Assembly (NCBI GenBank): GCA_050633305.1
Contig: JBOEGF010000027.1
Coordinates: 63,403 to 127,402, forward strand
Origin: Nannocystales bacterium
GTDB lineage: Bacteria > Myxococcota_A > Polyangia > Nannocystales > Nannocystaceae
Length of the DNA stretch: 64,000 nucleotides
Direction: 5' to 3'
The position numbers were made by a program, and so were the translations under genes. This document shows, one piece after another, positions 20,316 to 29,768 of the stretch (within the stretch, counting starts at the first letter, position 1; each line of letters starts with the position of its first letter). The notes beneath the pieces were generated by a model, which did no database searches, was not told where the DNA came from, and was given only the letters and a program-made list of their open reading frames with translations.

Positions 20316-21649
20316 ACCGTCCAGCGCCACGCTTCCGTGTCGCGGTCCTGGCGATGCTCGTGTCGTTCTCCGCGTGGCCCACGCTCAGCTCGGCTGCCGA
20401 AACCGCACTCGAGCCGTCGGTCTCCGACGACGCGGCCATCCTCGCCTACCACCGCGACGGTGCTGCCGCGCACGACCGACTCGCGACCGTCGTGGCCGAC
20501 GGTTCGAAGCACCCACGGGTGTTGCTGTACCTCGCCCTCGCGAAACGGGAACGCAGCGAGCTCGGGGCGGCGATCGAGATCTTGCGCGGTGCGCTGGAGT
20601 CCCCTTCGGACCTCGAGCGAGAGCTGCGTCTCGAGCTTGCGGTCACCCTCAGCTTCCAGGGTGCCCTCGTCGAGGCCCAAACAGAGTACGAGGCGGTCCT
20701 TCACCACACGCCGCAAGATCGCGCGGCGCGAACGGGGCGGGCTCGGATGCTCGCGTGGCAGGGACGACTCGCGGACGCACGAGCCGCCTTCGAAGCGCTA
20801 CTGAACGACGACGGTTCCGACATCCAGGCCTGGTTGGGGCTGGCGGCCGTCGAGTCCGCGGCCGTACGCCCGCGGGCAGCCCGTGCGGCCTACCAACAAG
20901 TTCTGGCGTTGGACGATTCGAACACAGAAGCCCAGCGTGGGCTTCGCCAACTCGCCGCCACCCCGCGCGCGCAGCTCAGTATCTTCGGCGGCTACGCCAA
21001 CATCGCGCAGACGCACCACGCGGGGCTCGCTGAAGTCGACGCCACGTATGAGCTCCGGTCTTACGCGACGCTCACTGGCGGCTACGCGTCGTCGGTGATG
21101 CGGTTCGACGACCCGATTTCTGCCGACCAATTCTCGCAGCAGCACGTCGCGAGGGCGGGCGTCGTCTTCAACATCCGCCGCCGGGTCTACCTGACCCCGG
21201 AGTACCAGGGGCTGGTGACCAACACCGCACATCACCACGGGCTCTCGCTGGGCCTCGCGGTCGTTGCCAACAAACACCTGACCCTGTCAGCAGCAGCACG
21301 CCCGGGCGCATGGAACGACGGACACGTGGATGTACTCGGTCGGGTGAGTGCAGAGGGGCAAGTTGGGAAACGCTTCCGTCCTTCCGCGCACCTGTACGTC
21401 TACCGCGACCCTCAGCGCGACCTCGAAAGCCAAGCCGTCGTGGGAAAGCTCAGCGTGGATGTGGTCCGTCGACTGACCATCACCGGAGGCGGTGGCTGGC
21501 AGTTCGACGGTGTTCATCACGGACAGATCGGCCTGGGTCAGCTCGACGTCTGGGCCAACGCTCGCATCGGATTCTTCGCCCGGTACGAAGTCTCCACGGG
21601 GGCATTCACCCGCCACGCCGCCGGTGCGGGACTGCGTCTGCGGTGGTGA
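20291..21649 (+). CDS. TPR-repeat + outer-membrane beta-barrel export protein (PgaA/BcsC/YaiO-like)
   Basis: Signal peptide, about 4-5 TPR-like repeats (ARMLAWQGRLADARAAFEALL), then alternating beta-strands ending in aromatic ...GAGLRLRW. Confidence 0.75.
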   Translation: MPRSRPRLNRPAPRFRVAVLAMLVSFSAWPTLSSAAETALEPSVSDDAAILAYHRDGAAAHDRLATVVADGSKHPRVLLYLALAKRERSELGAAIEILRGALESPSDLERELRLELAVTLSFQGALVEAQTEYEAVLHHTPQDRAARTGRARMLAWQGRLADARAAFEALLNDDGSDIQAWLGLAAVESAAVRPRAARAAYQQVLALDDSNTEAQRGLRQLAATPRAQLSIFGGYANIAQTHHAGLAEVDATYELRSYATLTGGYASSVMRFDDPISADQFSQQHVARAGVVFNIRRRVYLTPEYQGLVTNTAHHHGLSLGLAVVANKHLTLSAAARPGAWNDGHVDVLGRVSAEGQVGKRFRPSAHLYVYRDPQRDLESQAVVGKLSVDVVRRLTITGGGGWQFDGVHHGQIGLGQLDVWANARIGFFARYEVSTGAFTRHAAGAGLRLRW

Positions 21650-22323
21650 AATCCACCCGTCGCAGCTGGATGATAGGCGCAGCCGCCGCGAGCGGCTGTA
21701 CCGCGCTCCCGACGATCCCGGAGATCCCCGGGCGCTGGCTGGGGTATGCCGGGAGGCGTTGGGGAGTGCGAGACGACCCGTTCCCGGCCGACCCGGGGCT
21801 CAATCGATGGGCTGCCGGCCCTCGAGCGCTGAAGCGACGCGAGGGCCATCTCGAACTCACCAGCCGCACAGACCAAACCGGGCCATGGGGCGTTGAGTTG
21901 TGGACCCCACTCTCGACGCCAACCCGACTCGAGTTCGAGGTCACTCCCCAGCAAGGAGGTCTCCATCCAGACGACGTGGTCGGCCTCTTCCTGTATCGAG
22001 ACGGGCGCTGCGAGGTGGACATCGAACTGACGCGGTGGGGAGATCCCCAAGGACCCGACACATTCCACACGTTCGCGGACCGACGGGTCCGGAGTGCGCC
22101 CCTTGGAGCGTCGACCCGCCGCACGCAGCACGCCCTGCAACTCAGCCCTACCCACGTGCGACTCGAATCGCACGGTCCGCTCGGCGCCTTGGTCTCCGAG
22201 GCAGAGTTGTGCGCGTGCGCCACCGCGAGTCACATCCTACGCATCAACGTGTGGCGTCGCGATGTGCAAGTGCGGCCCCCGACCCTCGTGCACGTGAGCG
22301 TGGGGTTCGAGCCGCAAACCTGA
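21646..22323 (+). CDS. GH16-like glycoside hydrolase lipoprotein
   Basis: EVDIE catalytic motif (VVGLFLY..CEVDIELTRWG). N-terminal STRRSWM plus lipobox ASGC. GTGA overlap with the porin. Confidence 0.7.
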   Translation: MKSTRRSWMIGAAAASGCTALPTIPEIPGRWLGYAGRRWGVRDDPFPADPGLNRWAAGPRALKRREGHLELTSRTDQTGPWGVELWTPLSTPTRLEFEVTPQQGGLHPDDVVGLFLYRDGRCEVDIELTRWGDPQGPDTFHTFADRRVRSAPLGASTRRTQHALQLSPTHVRLESHGPLGALVSEAELCACATASHILRINVWRRDVQVRPPTLVHVSVGFEPQT

Positions 22324-22324
22324 C

Positions 22325-24259
22325 TCACCGTGAAGCGCGGCGACGCAAGGTGAGAATGACCAGGCCGACAATGATCGCCGAGCAAAGCAGCCACACCAGG
22401 TTCAACATCCGGCGCGCTCTCGACTCTCGACTCTGTGGCGCCGACATCTCGCTGCTCGGTCGGGCTTCCTCGGACACCGCCCTGCGCGGGGCCGGCTGAG
22501 CAGGGACATCAAAAGTTTCCCACCGTCCGTCGCGAGTCAGAAGGGCCTTCCGCCCGATCATCCCTCCAAGCGGGGGCACAGGGGCCCCCTCCGCGAGCGT
22601 CGCGGGGACGAACTCCAACCCCGGTCCGGCAAGCCCGAGGTAGGCCGTACGGCTCGAATCCACGAGGGGCAGCGAGAAGATGCCGCCCTCGTCGAGCCAG
22701 TGCGCAGTCGAGCCAGACTGCGTTCCGCGGATGCCAGACGAAGCCGATGGGTCCATCACCACGTGCACCGCGGGCACCGCCTCCCCGGCACCTTCGAACG
22801 CGTACCCCGGACCACCCCCGACGACGGAAAGCGGGAAGAGGAACGCAGCGACCTGATGCGTCTGCGCAGGGGTCGCGACAGAGGGCCACACCACAGGTAC
22901 GGTTTCCCCGTCGGCAATGCGACGCGCATACCAGCCGGCGATCCCAGTCGGCGGCGGAGCGGCGTACGGCACCCGCAAGGCGGCCTCCGGCTCGATGACG
23001 AGCCAGGGCAGGCCCCCCACGTTTTCCTCGCATCGTTCCTGGTCTCCCCCAAGGGAGACCTCGACCTCGATAGGCCACGAGGTCCTCGACCACCATGCCC
23101 TCGGGACCCGTACTGCCAGCTCGGTGGTCTCGTTGGCCTCGAAGTCCTCGAGATCGAAGCTTGCGACGCCTCGGCCGGCAATGCGAACCGAGAGAACCGC
23201 GTCTCGCCCTGCCTGGCCCCCGCTCCAGCGCACCGGGAGATGCAGGACCGGCCATCGCTCGATCACTGCGCCAGCGGGCGGCGACCAATCGAACGCGAGG
23301 ACGTGGCGCCCCCCCCCCCGGGCCTCCCAACCATCGGGGAAGCCAGCGGCGGTCAGCGTCATTGCGACATCGGGACCCATCCGCTCCTGGTCTCGGCGCG
23401 CGCTGGCCGGGTTCTTGCCGTCGGTGTCCGCAACCAGGCACGCACCCTCCCCACACAGCTGTCGGAACTGCGCCGACGCGAGGGCAAGCACGACCTGAGG
23501 GAGTTCCTCCTCGGTGCGGGCGAGAACCCTCAGCACCGAAGAGGACCCTTCCACCACGCCTGCTGCCCTCGGGGCGTCATCGAGTTTCGCGTCGAGTTCG
23601 GTCCACGACGCCGGAGCCGACGTTCGGGTCGCAAGTTCGACACGGGGGCCCGCTGCGGCGCCGGAGCGGACACCGGGGTGCTCGACCTCGAGACCCCAGC
23701 TGCGTAGCATGTGATCTGCACGGACGGCTGCCCGCGACGCGTGGACGTCCCCTTGCGGGGCGAGAACCGCCACGGACTCGGGCGCCACCTCCCGCCACCT
23801 CGCAGGGAGAGCCCGCAGAGGGACGGTTCCGGCGCCGCCGGGCGCATGCTCGACGGTCGACTCCTCATCGACGACCAACCAAAGACTCAGGTCATCTCGC
23901 ACGCAGTCTCGCTGACGTGGAACGAGACTCGCATCCAGCTCAATGCTGTGCACCCCAGGCTTCAGCAGGCCCAAGCCCACACTCCATCCTTCCTCGCCCA
24001 CGGCCTCCTCCAGTGACAGGGAGGCTCGAGGCGTCCCATCCACGGACAACCGAACGACGCTCGCCGCCTTGTCAACCTGGGCGGACGCCCGGAGCCGAAG
24101 AAGGGCCGATGCGGGCTCCCTCGATGGCCCGACGTCAATGGAGACGCGATGCTCGACTCGGCGGCCGTTGAGGACGACGTCTTCAGGATGAACCGCGCGT
24201 GTCTGCGCCCAAGCCATCGATGGCGCGGAGATCGGTACGACCACCCCTGCGCACACCAA
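22325..24259 (-). CDS. BcsB-like periplasmic co-polymerase with C-terminal membrane anchor
   Basis: Two repeats of a BcsB-type jelly-roll pattern (LRL..S....SVVRLSVDG..ASL...G.HSIEL...C....LWLVVDEES; LHLPVRWS..AVLSVRIAG...C...PWLVIEPEA), single C-terminal TM followed by RRR. Start uncertain (24259-24367). Confidence 0.65.
   Translation of the reverse strand: MVCAGVVVPISAPSMAWAQTRAVHPEDVVLNGRRVEHRVSIDVGPSREPASALLRLRASAQVDKAASVVRLSVDGTPRASLSLEEAVGEEGWSVGLGLLKPGVHSIELDASLVPRQRDCVRDDLSLWLVVDEESTVEHAPGGAGTVPLRALPARWREVAPESVAVLAPQGDVHASRAAVRADHMLRSWGLEVEHPGVRSGAAAGPRVELATRTSAPASWTELDAKLDDAPRAAGVVEGSSSVLRVLARTEEELPQVVLALASAQFRQLCGEGACLVADTDGKNPASARRDQERMGPDVAMTLTAAGFPDGWEARGGGRHVLAFDWSPPAGAVIERWPVLHLPVRWSGGQAGRDAVLSVRIAGRGVASFDLEDFEANETTELAVRVPRAWWSRTSWPIEVEVSLGGDQERCEENVGGLPWLVIEPEAALRVPYAAPPPTGIAGWYARRIADGETVPVVWPSVATPAQTHQVAAFLFPLSVVGGGPGYAFEGAGEAVPAVHVVMDPSASSGIRGTQSGSTAHWLDEGGIFSLPLVDSSRTAYLGLAGPGLEFVPATLAEGAPVPPLGGMIGRKALLTRDGRWETFDVPAQPAPRRAVSEEARPSSEMSAPQSRESRARRMLNLVWLLCSAIIVGLVILTLRRRASR
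23309..23319 (-). repeat. G11 homopolymer in the BcsB-like coding strand (in frame, encodes R-G-G-G)
   Basis: 11 consecutive C on the + strand. Confidence 0.85.
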
Positions 24260-24307
24260 GACGCCTATGCTAAGGTTGAACGCACGGCGAAGGAGACCCG
24301 TCCCGAG

Positions 24308-24499
24308 ATGACTGCGGACGCCCCATCGACCTCCACCAGGCTCCAGGCCAGCCGGATCAGGGGGCACCGAGAGCGGCTTCGGACCCTCAAACGAGAGGTC
24401 CGTTGGCTCAAGCGTGCGGCGCTCCTCCTCGCATTCGTGAACATCGTGCTCCTCGGTGCGGTGCTGTGGGGCTTCCACTGGGAGAGGTTCGGTGGCTGA
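24308..24499 (+). CDS. Small single-TM membrane protein
   Basis: MTADAP...KREVRWLKRAALLLAFVNIVLLGAVLWGFHW. The stop overlaps the next start. Confidence 0.5.
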   Translation: MTADAPSTSTRLQASRIRGHRERLRTLKREVRWLKRAALLLAFVNIVLLGAVLWGFHWERFGG

Positions 24500-24710
24500 C
24501 ATCTCCGAGCCAGGCTCCTTGGCCGACCGCCTCGAGCCTCGCGGCGAGATCGATGCAGGCGTCGAATCCGATGCCGACTTCCGGCTCACTGTCTCGATCG
24601 ACTTGCACCGCGAGCGAGCGCTGATGCTTCGTGTTGTGGTCGTGGTCGAGGTCATCGTGGCCCTGGTCCTCGTCCGCGAAGCGATTCTGTTGTTCTTGCT
24701 GCCAGAGTGA
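24492..24710 (+). CDS. Small single-TM membrane protein
   Basis: GTG start, acidic N-terminus, then RERALMLRVVVVVEVIVALVLVREAILLFLL. Confidence 0.55.
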   Translation: MADISEPGSLADRLEPRGEIDAGVESDADFRLTVSIDLHRERALMLRVVVVVEVIVALVLVREAILLFLLPE

Positions 24711-24714
24711 CACC

Positions 24715-25062
24715 GTGGCCCCAACCACCGAAGACATGGCGAAGACCGTTGCCGGCTTGGTGAAGGCGGGATTCCGGGTCAGTTTGGAGCGGGACAACAA
24801 GACTCGGGGAGACGTGACCGTCTACGAACGTCTGCGATGGACGCTGACCCGCGCGAAGTCGGTTCAGCTCGAGCTCGAAGCCCTCGACTACCCGGACGGA
24901 ACCGCGGCCTTCTACCTGCAGGTGACCGACTATCACGGGCTGAGCACGCCGAGCTTTCCCCTGGATTCTTGGAAGCTGTGGCCGGCGCGGATTGAGTTCA
25001 AGTTCTACACCCACCCAGAGTCGGGCCAGGGCCTCACCTTCACGCTCGACCTCGAGGCGTGA
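24715..25062 (+). CDS. Hypothetical soluble protein
   Basis: Plausible codon usage and composition (…YERLRWTL…FYLQVTDYHG…FPLDSWK…IEFKFY). Converges on the GT2 stop. Confidence 0.6.
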   Translation: MAPTTEDMAKTVAGLVKAGFRVSLERDNKTRGDVTVYERLRWTLTRAKSVQLELEALDYPDGTAAFYLQVTDYHGLSTPSFPLDSWKLWPARIEFKFYTHPESGQGLTFTLDLEA

Positions 25063-25064
25063 CA

Positions 25065-26528
25065 TCAGCCCACCTTTCCCGTCTTGACGGTCTTGTCCCA
25101 CTTCATGTCCGCCCCGCGCAGCTCTGCGACGTAGGACGCAAACGTCACCGCGCAGAGAAACGCCCCATAGCCACCGAGGTAGAGGAAGACCGGGGCAAGC
25201 GAAGCCCAGCGCGTCCCTTCAAGCCGCTTGGCGACCCAAGCCACAACCATGGACAGTGAGAGCCACGCGTAGAGGAAGAGCACCGCGACGTGGCCGAACC
25301 AGTGCCCCGGAGGCGGTGCCACGAGGTCCACGACGGGCTGCGTCACAAACGGAAACAACGCATGCACAATGACCGCAAGCGAGATCAACCCGGGGAACAA
25401 GAAGCCCTCGGCCCAGGACTTCCGGCACGACTCCCAGTCCACCACGAAAGACGCGAGGGTGACGAACACATAGACGAGCCCGGCCACGATCCACAAGCCT
25501 CGAAACAAGGACCACGACCAGCTCGGGTCCAGCACGTACAGCGTGATGAGCCCCACCGAAGCTCCGATCTGAAACAAAGGCATGAGAAACAGCGAGAACC
25601 ACAGAAAAGCCATCGTCCACGACCCGAGCACCCCGCCATTGCTTCGACGCGCCCAAATGTCACGAAACTCCCGCGTCACCTGAACGTTGCCACGCCCCCA
25701 ACGCACGCGCTGCTTCCACAACCCCACGAGACCATCGGGCTCTTCGGCATAGACGACAGCGTTGGGCTCGAACATCGCCACGCGTCCGCAGAGTTGCGTC
25801 CGGAACGTGGTGAAGGTGTCTTCCGCCAACGTGTCGTGGAAGATCTTGCCCCCGATCGCCATGAGGTTCTCCCGGGTGTGCAGCTGCGCCCCTCCGGAAA
25901 GGCACGCAAGAAATCCGAATGCGTTCTGGGCCCTTCTCGAGCAACCCGTGGCGGTCACGTACTCGAACGTGATGAACCGCTGGACGTAGTTGGGGGCCCG
26001 ACTGCCCTCCTTGATGTTGGCAGTCACCGCACCGACCGAGGGGTCGGCGAGATGTCGCGCCATCTTGCGCAACGAATCTTCCGTATAGATGACGTCGGCA
26101 TCCATGATGAGCAGCGCTTCCGCCCAGTCGCTCTTCCAGATGATGTCCAGACCGTAGTTGAGCGTCGCGGCCTTGCCCTCGCCGCCCGCCACCCGACGCA
26201 CGTGGACAACCTGCCTGGGGTATTCCTTGCTCTTCTCGATCGCGACATCAGGAGTTGCGTCCGTCGACGCGTCATCGACGAGATATACGCGGAGGCGGTC
26301 CTGGGGATAGTTCAGGGCCATCAACCGATCGATAGATGTGGCGATCACCGCCTCCTCGTTCCATGCCGGAATGACGACCGCGAGCCGCGGCGTGTGGTCG
26401 TGGGAGGCCTCGAGGTGGGTGTGAAACGCCGACCCGAGGACGAAGAGATACTGGTACAGGCCCGAGAGGACAGGCAAGACCCCGAGGCACACTGCGAGCG
26501 TCGCGACGGCTGAGACAAGGATGACCAC
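25065..26528 (-). CDS. Processive membrane GT2 polysaccharide synthase (PgaC/IcaA/cellulose-synthase-like)
   Basis: IPAWNEE, DDASTD, GKAATLN, MDAD, LAED and QRVRW (the D,D,D,QxxRW signature). One N-terminal and about 6 C-terminal TM helices. Confidence 0.92.
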   Translation of the reverse strand: MVILVSAVATLAVCLGVLPVLSGLYQYLFVLGSAFHTHLEASHDHTPRLAVVIPAWNEEAVIATSIDRLMALNYPQDRLRVYLVDDASTDATPDVAIEKSKEYPRQVVHVRRVAGGEGKAATLNYGLDIIWKSDWAEALLIMDADVIYTEDSLRKMARHLADPSVGAVTANIKEGSRAPNYVQRFITFEYVTATGCSRRAQNAFGFLACLSGGAQLHTRENLMAIGGKIFHDTLAEDTFTTFRTQLCGRVAMFEPNAVVYAEEPDGLVGLWKQRVRWGRGNVQVTREFRDIWARRSNGGVLGSWTMAFLWFSLFLMPLFQIGASVGLITLYVLDPSWSWSLFRGLWIVAGLVYVFVTLASFVVDWESCRKSWAEGFLFPGLISLAVIVHALFPFVTQPVVDLVAPPPGHWFGHVAVLFLYAWLSLSMVVAWVAKRLEGTRWASLAPVFLYLGGYGAFLCAVTFASYVAELRGADMKWDKTVKTGKVG

Positions 26529-26531
26529 GGG

Positions 26532-27569
26532 CTACTCGGCGACCTCTGCGACCAGCAGCGACTCGGCGTCATCGCGTGGGACGAGGCTGTCGACATCGAC
26601 GACCTGCTCGCGCCAACGACGAACGATCGCGACCTCCTCGAACCCCATCGGCTCGAGCGTTGCGCACCCCTCGAAAGCATCGAGCACGGTCAACCAGGGC
26701 ATGTCGACCCCTGCGGCGATCGTCAGAGGCATGGTTCCCGGGAAACGAGGATTGATCTCCAAGAGCCGAGGCCGCCCCGCGAAGTCGCGTCGAAACTGGA
26801 CGTTCAGCGTTCCGGTGAGACACAAAGCCTCTACGGCCCGGGCTGCGTAGCTCTCCAACTCCGTGTCGTGCACTGTCCGCGCCGCGATCGCCACACCGGA
26901 ATCCACGCGGAGTCGTTCACGCGGCACCGCCGCGAGGACCCGTCCATCGGTCGCACGAAACACATCCACCGAATACTCGGGTCCGGGAAGGTGCTCCATG
27001 ACCAGGTACGAGCCGTCGGTGGGGATCGGGGCGAGCCCCAACGACCCATCGACGACATGAACCCCCCGGGCGCCCGAGCCTTCGCGCGGCTTGGCCACCA
27101 ACCGCCCCCGAGTCAACGCCTCCGGCAAACACTGTCCGGTCCAGACGACCGTCGGTGCGGTCGGGATCAGCGGCGCCAACGTCTCGGTGAGGTTCACCTT
27201 GTCGGCGCAGACCCTCAGTCCGGCCGGCGTCGAGACGGCGACTCGTGTGCCCTGCCTGCCCAGTCGCGTCCGTGCGAGGGAAAGCGGGAGGAGTTCACCG
27301 TCGACGGTCGGGATGACCAGATCGATGCGTTGCTCCGTGCACAACCGCTCCAGCGCCGCGCCGAACGCTGCGTCCGACGCAAACGGTACGACATGACGGC
27401 GTGTTTCCGGGACCACGAAGAGGCCTGATGCAAGCGGCGATGCATCCGCAGCGTGGAGAACCAGCCCAGGGCACCGCGCTGCCAAGCGCTCCAGCACGCT
27501 GTAGCCGGCGGGCCCGCCAGCACCGGTGACGAGGATGCGACAACCGTTGAATTCGAATGTGGGTTCCAT
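26532..27569 (-). CDS. ATP-grasp ligase (CarB/PylC-like)
   Basis: ILVTGAGGPAG, IPTVDGEL, DK, KPREGSGARG, EHLPGPEYSVD, NVQF, LLEINPRF. Confidence 0.88.
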   Translation of the reverse strand: MEPTFEFNGCRILVTGAGGPAGYSVLERLAARCPGLVLHAADASPLASGLFVVPETRRHVVPFASDAAFGAALERLCTEQRIDLVIPTVDGELLPLSLARTRLGRQGTRVAVSTPAGLRVCADKVNLTETLAPLIPTAPTVVWTGQCLPEALTRGRLVAKPREGSGARGVHVVDGSLGLAPIPTDGSYLVMEHLPGPEYSVDVFRATDGRVLAAVPRERLRVDSGVAIAARTVHDTELESYAARAVEALCLTGTLNVQFRRDFAGRPRLLEINPRFPGTMPLTIAAGVDMPWLTVLDAFEGCATLEPMGFEEVAIVRRWREQVVDVDSLVPRDDAESLLVAEVAE

Positions 27570-27576
27570 CTTTGTC

Positions 27577-29409
27577 TCACTCCACCGTGACGCTCTTGGC
27601 CAAGTTTCGAGGGCGGTCGATGTCGCGACCGAGTTCACGCGCGACGTGATGCGCGAACAACTGAAGCGCCACGGCGGCCAGCATTCCTTCACTCCCCGCA
27701 TCGGCCCGGGGAAGCTCGAGTAGGTTGTCGCCCAACACCTCGAGCTCCTCCCGCCCGCGCGCCCCGACGGCCAGAACACGACCGCCGCGGGCCCGGACCT
27801 CCGAGACCGCGGACAGCATCTTCCGCCGTATCGCCCCCCGCGGAAGCACGCACACGACGTTGACCTTCGCGTCCACCATCGCCAGCGGCCCATGCTTGAT
27901 CTCTCCAGCGGCGTAGCCGACCGCGGGCAAATAGGTCAGCTCCGCGAGTTTGAGCGCCCCCTCCAGCGCGACGGCGTGACCGATTCCGCGGCCGAGGAAG
28001 ATGTGCAACCGCGAGTCCGCCACGGCAGTCGCGGCAGCGGCGATCTTCGGTTCTCTATCGATAACCGCACGAATGAGCGTGGGGAGCTCTGCCAAACCCA
28101 CCAGCGCGGTCGCGACCGCAGCGCGACTCACTTCGTTGGTGCGTTGAGCGAGCCAAGCGGCCACGAGACGCAACGCCACACACTGCGTGATGAAGGCCTT
28201 CGTGGACGCGACGCTCACCTCAGGACCTGCTCGGGTCAGCAATGTTGCGTCGGCGCACCGTGCAAGCGAGCTCTGACCCACATTGCACACCGCGAGAACC
28301 GGGATGCCCCGAGCCTGGGCCATCTCCACACAGGCCAGCGTATCGGCGGTCTCACCCGACTGGCTTACGGCGACCAACAGGTCTCCCTCGCCGCGCAGCG
28401 TTCCGCCGTATCGGAGCTCGGAGGCGACCTGAACGTCCACCGGAACCCCGCACCACTGCTCGATCACGTTTTTGGCGGCGAGACTCGCGTGCAGCGACGT
28501 TCCGCAGGCCGCGAAGATGATGCGCTGCGGCTCTCCGTGCGATTGAAGAAGAGACTCGAGTTCCGGCAAGTCGACACCGGGATTGGGTCCGGAGACCAGC
28601 CGTCCCCGGAGGCATCGCTCCACCGCGGCCGGCTGCTCGTCGATCTCCTTGCGCATGTAGGTTTCAAACCCGGACCGCGTCGTCTCTTCGACCGAGGAGT
28701 CCACGCGTGTCGTCACGGGCAAGACTGGTGCACCCGCCGCATCGAGGAGGGTCAGGGTCTCGCCACGAATTGTCGCGATGTGTCCGTCCTCGAGATAGAT
28801 GACCTGTTGGGTCCGCGCCAGGATCGGCACGACATCGGAGGCCAGCATGAACTCGTCCTCGCCCACACCGATGATGAGCGGGCTTCCACGGCGCGTCGCG
28901 ACGATGCAGTCTTCGTCCCGTGCGACTACGGCAAGCGCATAGTTGCCCTGCAACTGAGCGGTCGCCTCGCGGACAGCGGCCACCAAATCACCGGCATAGG
29001 CATCCTCGATGAGGTGCGCGATACATTCGGTATCCGTCTCGGAGTGCAGAGCGTGGCCCTGCGACACCAGTCGACGTCGCAGTTCGTCTGCGTTCTCGAC
29101 AATGCCGTTGTGGACGACCGCGATCCGGCCCTGACAGTCGACATGGGGATGCGCATTGCGATCATCGGGCACCCCGTGCGTAGCCCAGCGCGTGTGACCG
29201 ATCGCGAACCGTACCCTCGAGTCGACTTGATCCAGCTTGCGCCGCAGGCACTCGACCCCTCCCCGCGACCGTGTGATCGACAGGCCCCCTTTGGGCCCAA
29301 CCGTCGCAACGCCCGCGGAGTCGTAGCCGCGGTATTCCAACCCTGAGAGCCCGCGTAGAACCTCCTCGGTTCCGTCTCGCTGCCCCGCATATCCAATAAT
29401 CCCACACAT
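27577..29409 (-). CDS. glmS: Glutamine--fructose-6-phosphate aminotransferase (isomerizing)
   Basis: MCGIIG, LEYRGYDSAG, GHTRWATHG, SQSGETAD, VASTKAF, EGALKL, PRNLAKSVTVE. Confidence 0.97.
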   Translation of the reverse strand: MCGIIGYAGQRDGTEEVLRGLSGLEYRGYDSAGVATVGPKGGLSITRSRGGVECLRRKLDQVDSRVRFAIGHTRWATHGVPDDRNAHPHVDCQGRIAVVHNGIVENADELRRRLVSQGHALHSETDTECIAHLIEDAYAGDLVAAVREATAQLQGNYALAVVARDEDCIVATRRGSPLIIGVGEDEFMLASDVVPILARTQQVIYLEDGHIATIRGETLTLLDAAGAPVLPVTTRVDSSVEETTRSGFETYMRKEIDEQPAAVERCLRGRLVSGPNPGVDLPELESLLQSHGEPQRIIFAACGTSLHASLAAKNVIEQWCGVPVDVQVASELRYGGTLRGEGDLLVAVSQSGETADTLACVEMAQARGIPVLAVCNVGQSSLARCADATLLTRAGPEVSVASTKAFITQCVALRLVAAWLAQRTNEVSRAAVATALVGLAELPTLIRAVIDREPKIAAAATAVADSRLHIFLGRGIGHAVALEGALKLAELTYLPAVGYAAGEIKHGPLAMVDAKVNVVCVLPRGAIRRKMLSAVSEVRARGGRVLAVGARGREELEVLGDNLLELPRADAGSEGMLAAVALQLFAHHVARELGRDIDRPRNLAKSVTVE

Positions 29410-29450
29410 GTTCCCTCCCACGCCTGTTTCGTTGGCGTACTCACCGTGAG

Positions 29451-29466
29451 TGCACGGGAGGTGCCA
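29451..29466 (-). promoter_or_regulatory. Sigma54 (-24/-12) promoter of the glmS-ATP-grasp-GT2 operon
   Basis: Minus strand TGGCAC-CTCCC-GTGCA, about 40 nt before the glmS ATG. Confidence 0.7.
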
Positions 29467-29768
29467 AGTCGGAACACCACCCCGCGAGAGAGTCGTTCTG
29501 CGGAACTCCAGGGGCGGGGCTGCTCCGCCAGTCTCACGCTGAGAATCGGACCGCGACCTGGGTCTCAGGCTGAGACAACACGATGTCTAGCGAGGTGAGG
29601 AAAAGTCGCGCGTATGCAGAATGGTGTCACCCCCATGCAGAGCAAGGCTCGAAGAGGGAGCTGGTTGGACACCAGTGACCGATGAGAAACGAAGCTCTGC
29701 ATGGCGAGGGCGCCGCCATGGACTGCGTGGGACTCTCCTGGCCCCGCTAGACCTGCCCAGAAAAGGCG

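Noticed and set aside
24260..24724. N-terminal extension of ORF 22325..24724
   Set aside because: Low-complexity sequence ahead of the signal-like segment that overlaps plausible + strand small genes. The exact start remains uncertain.
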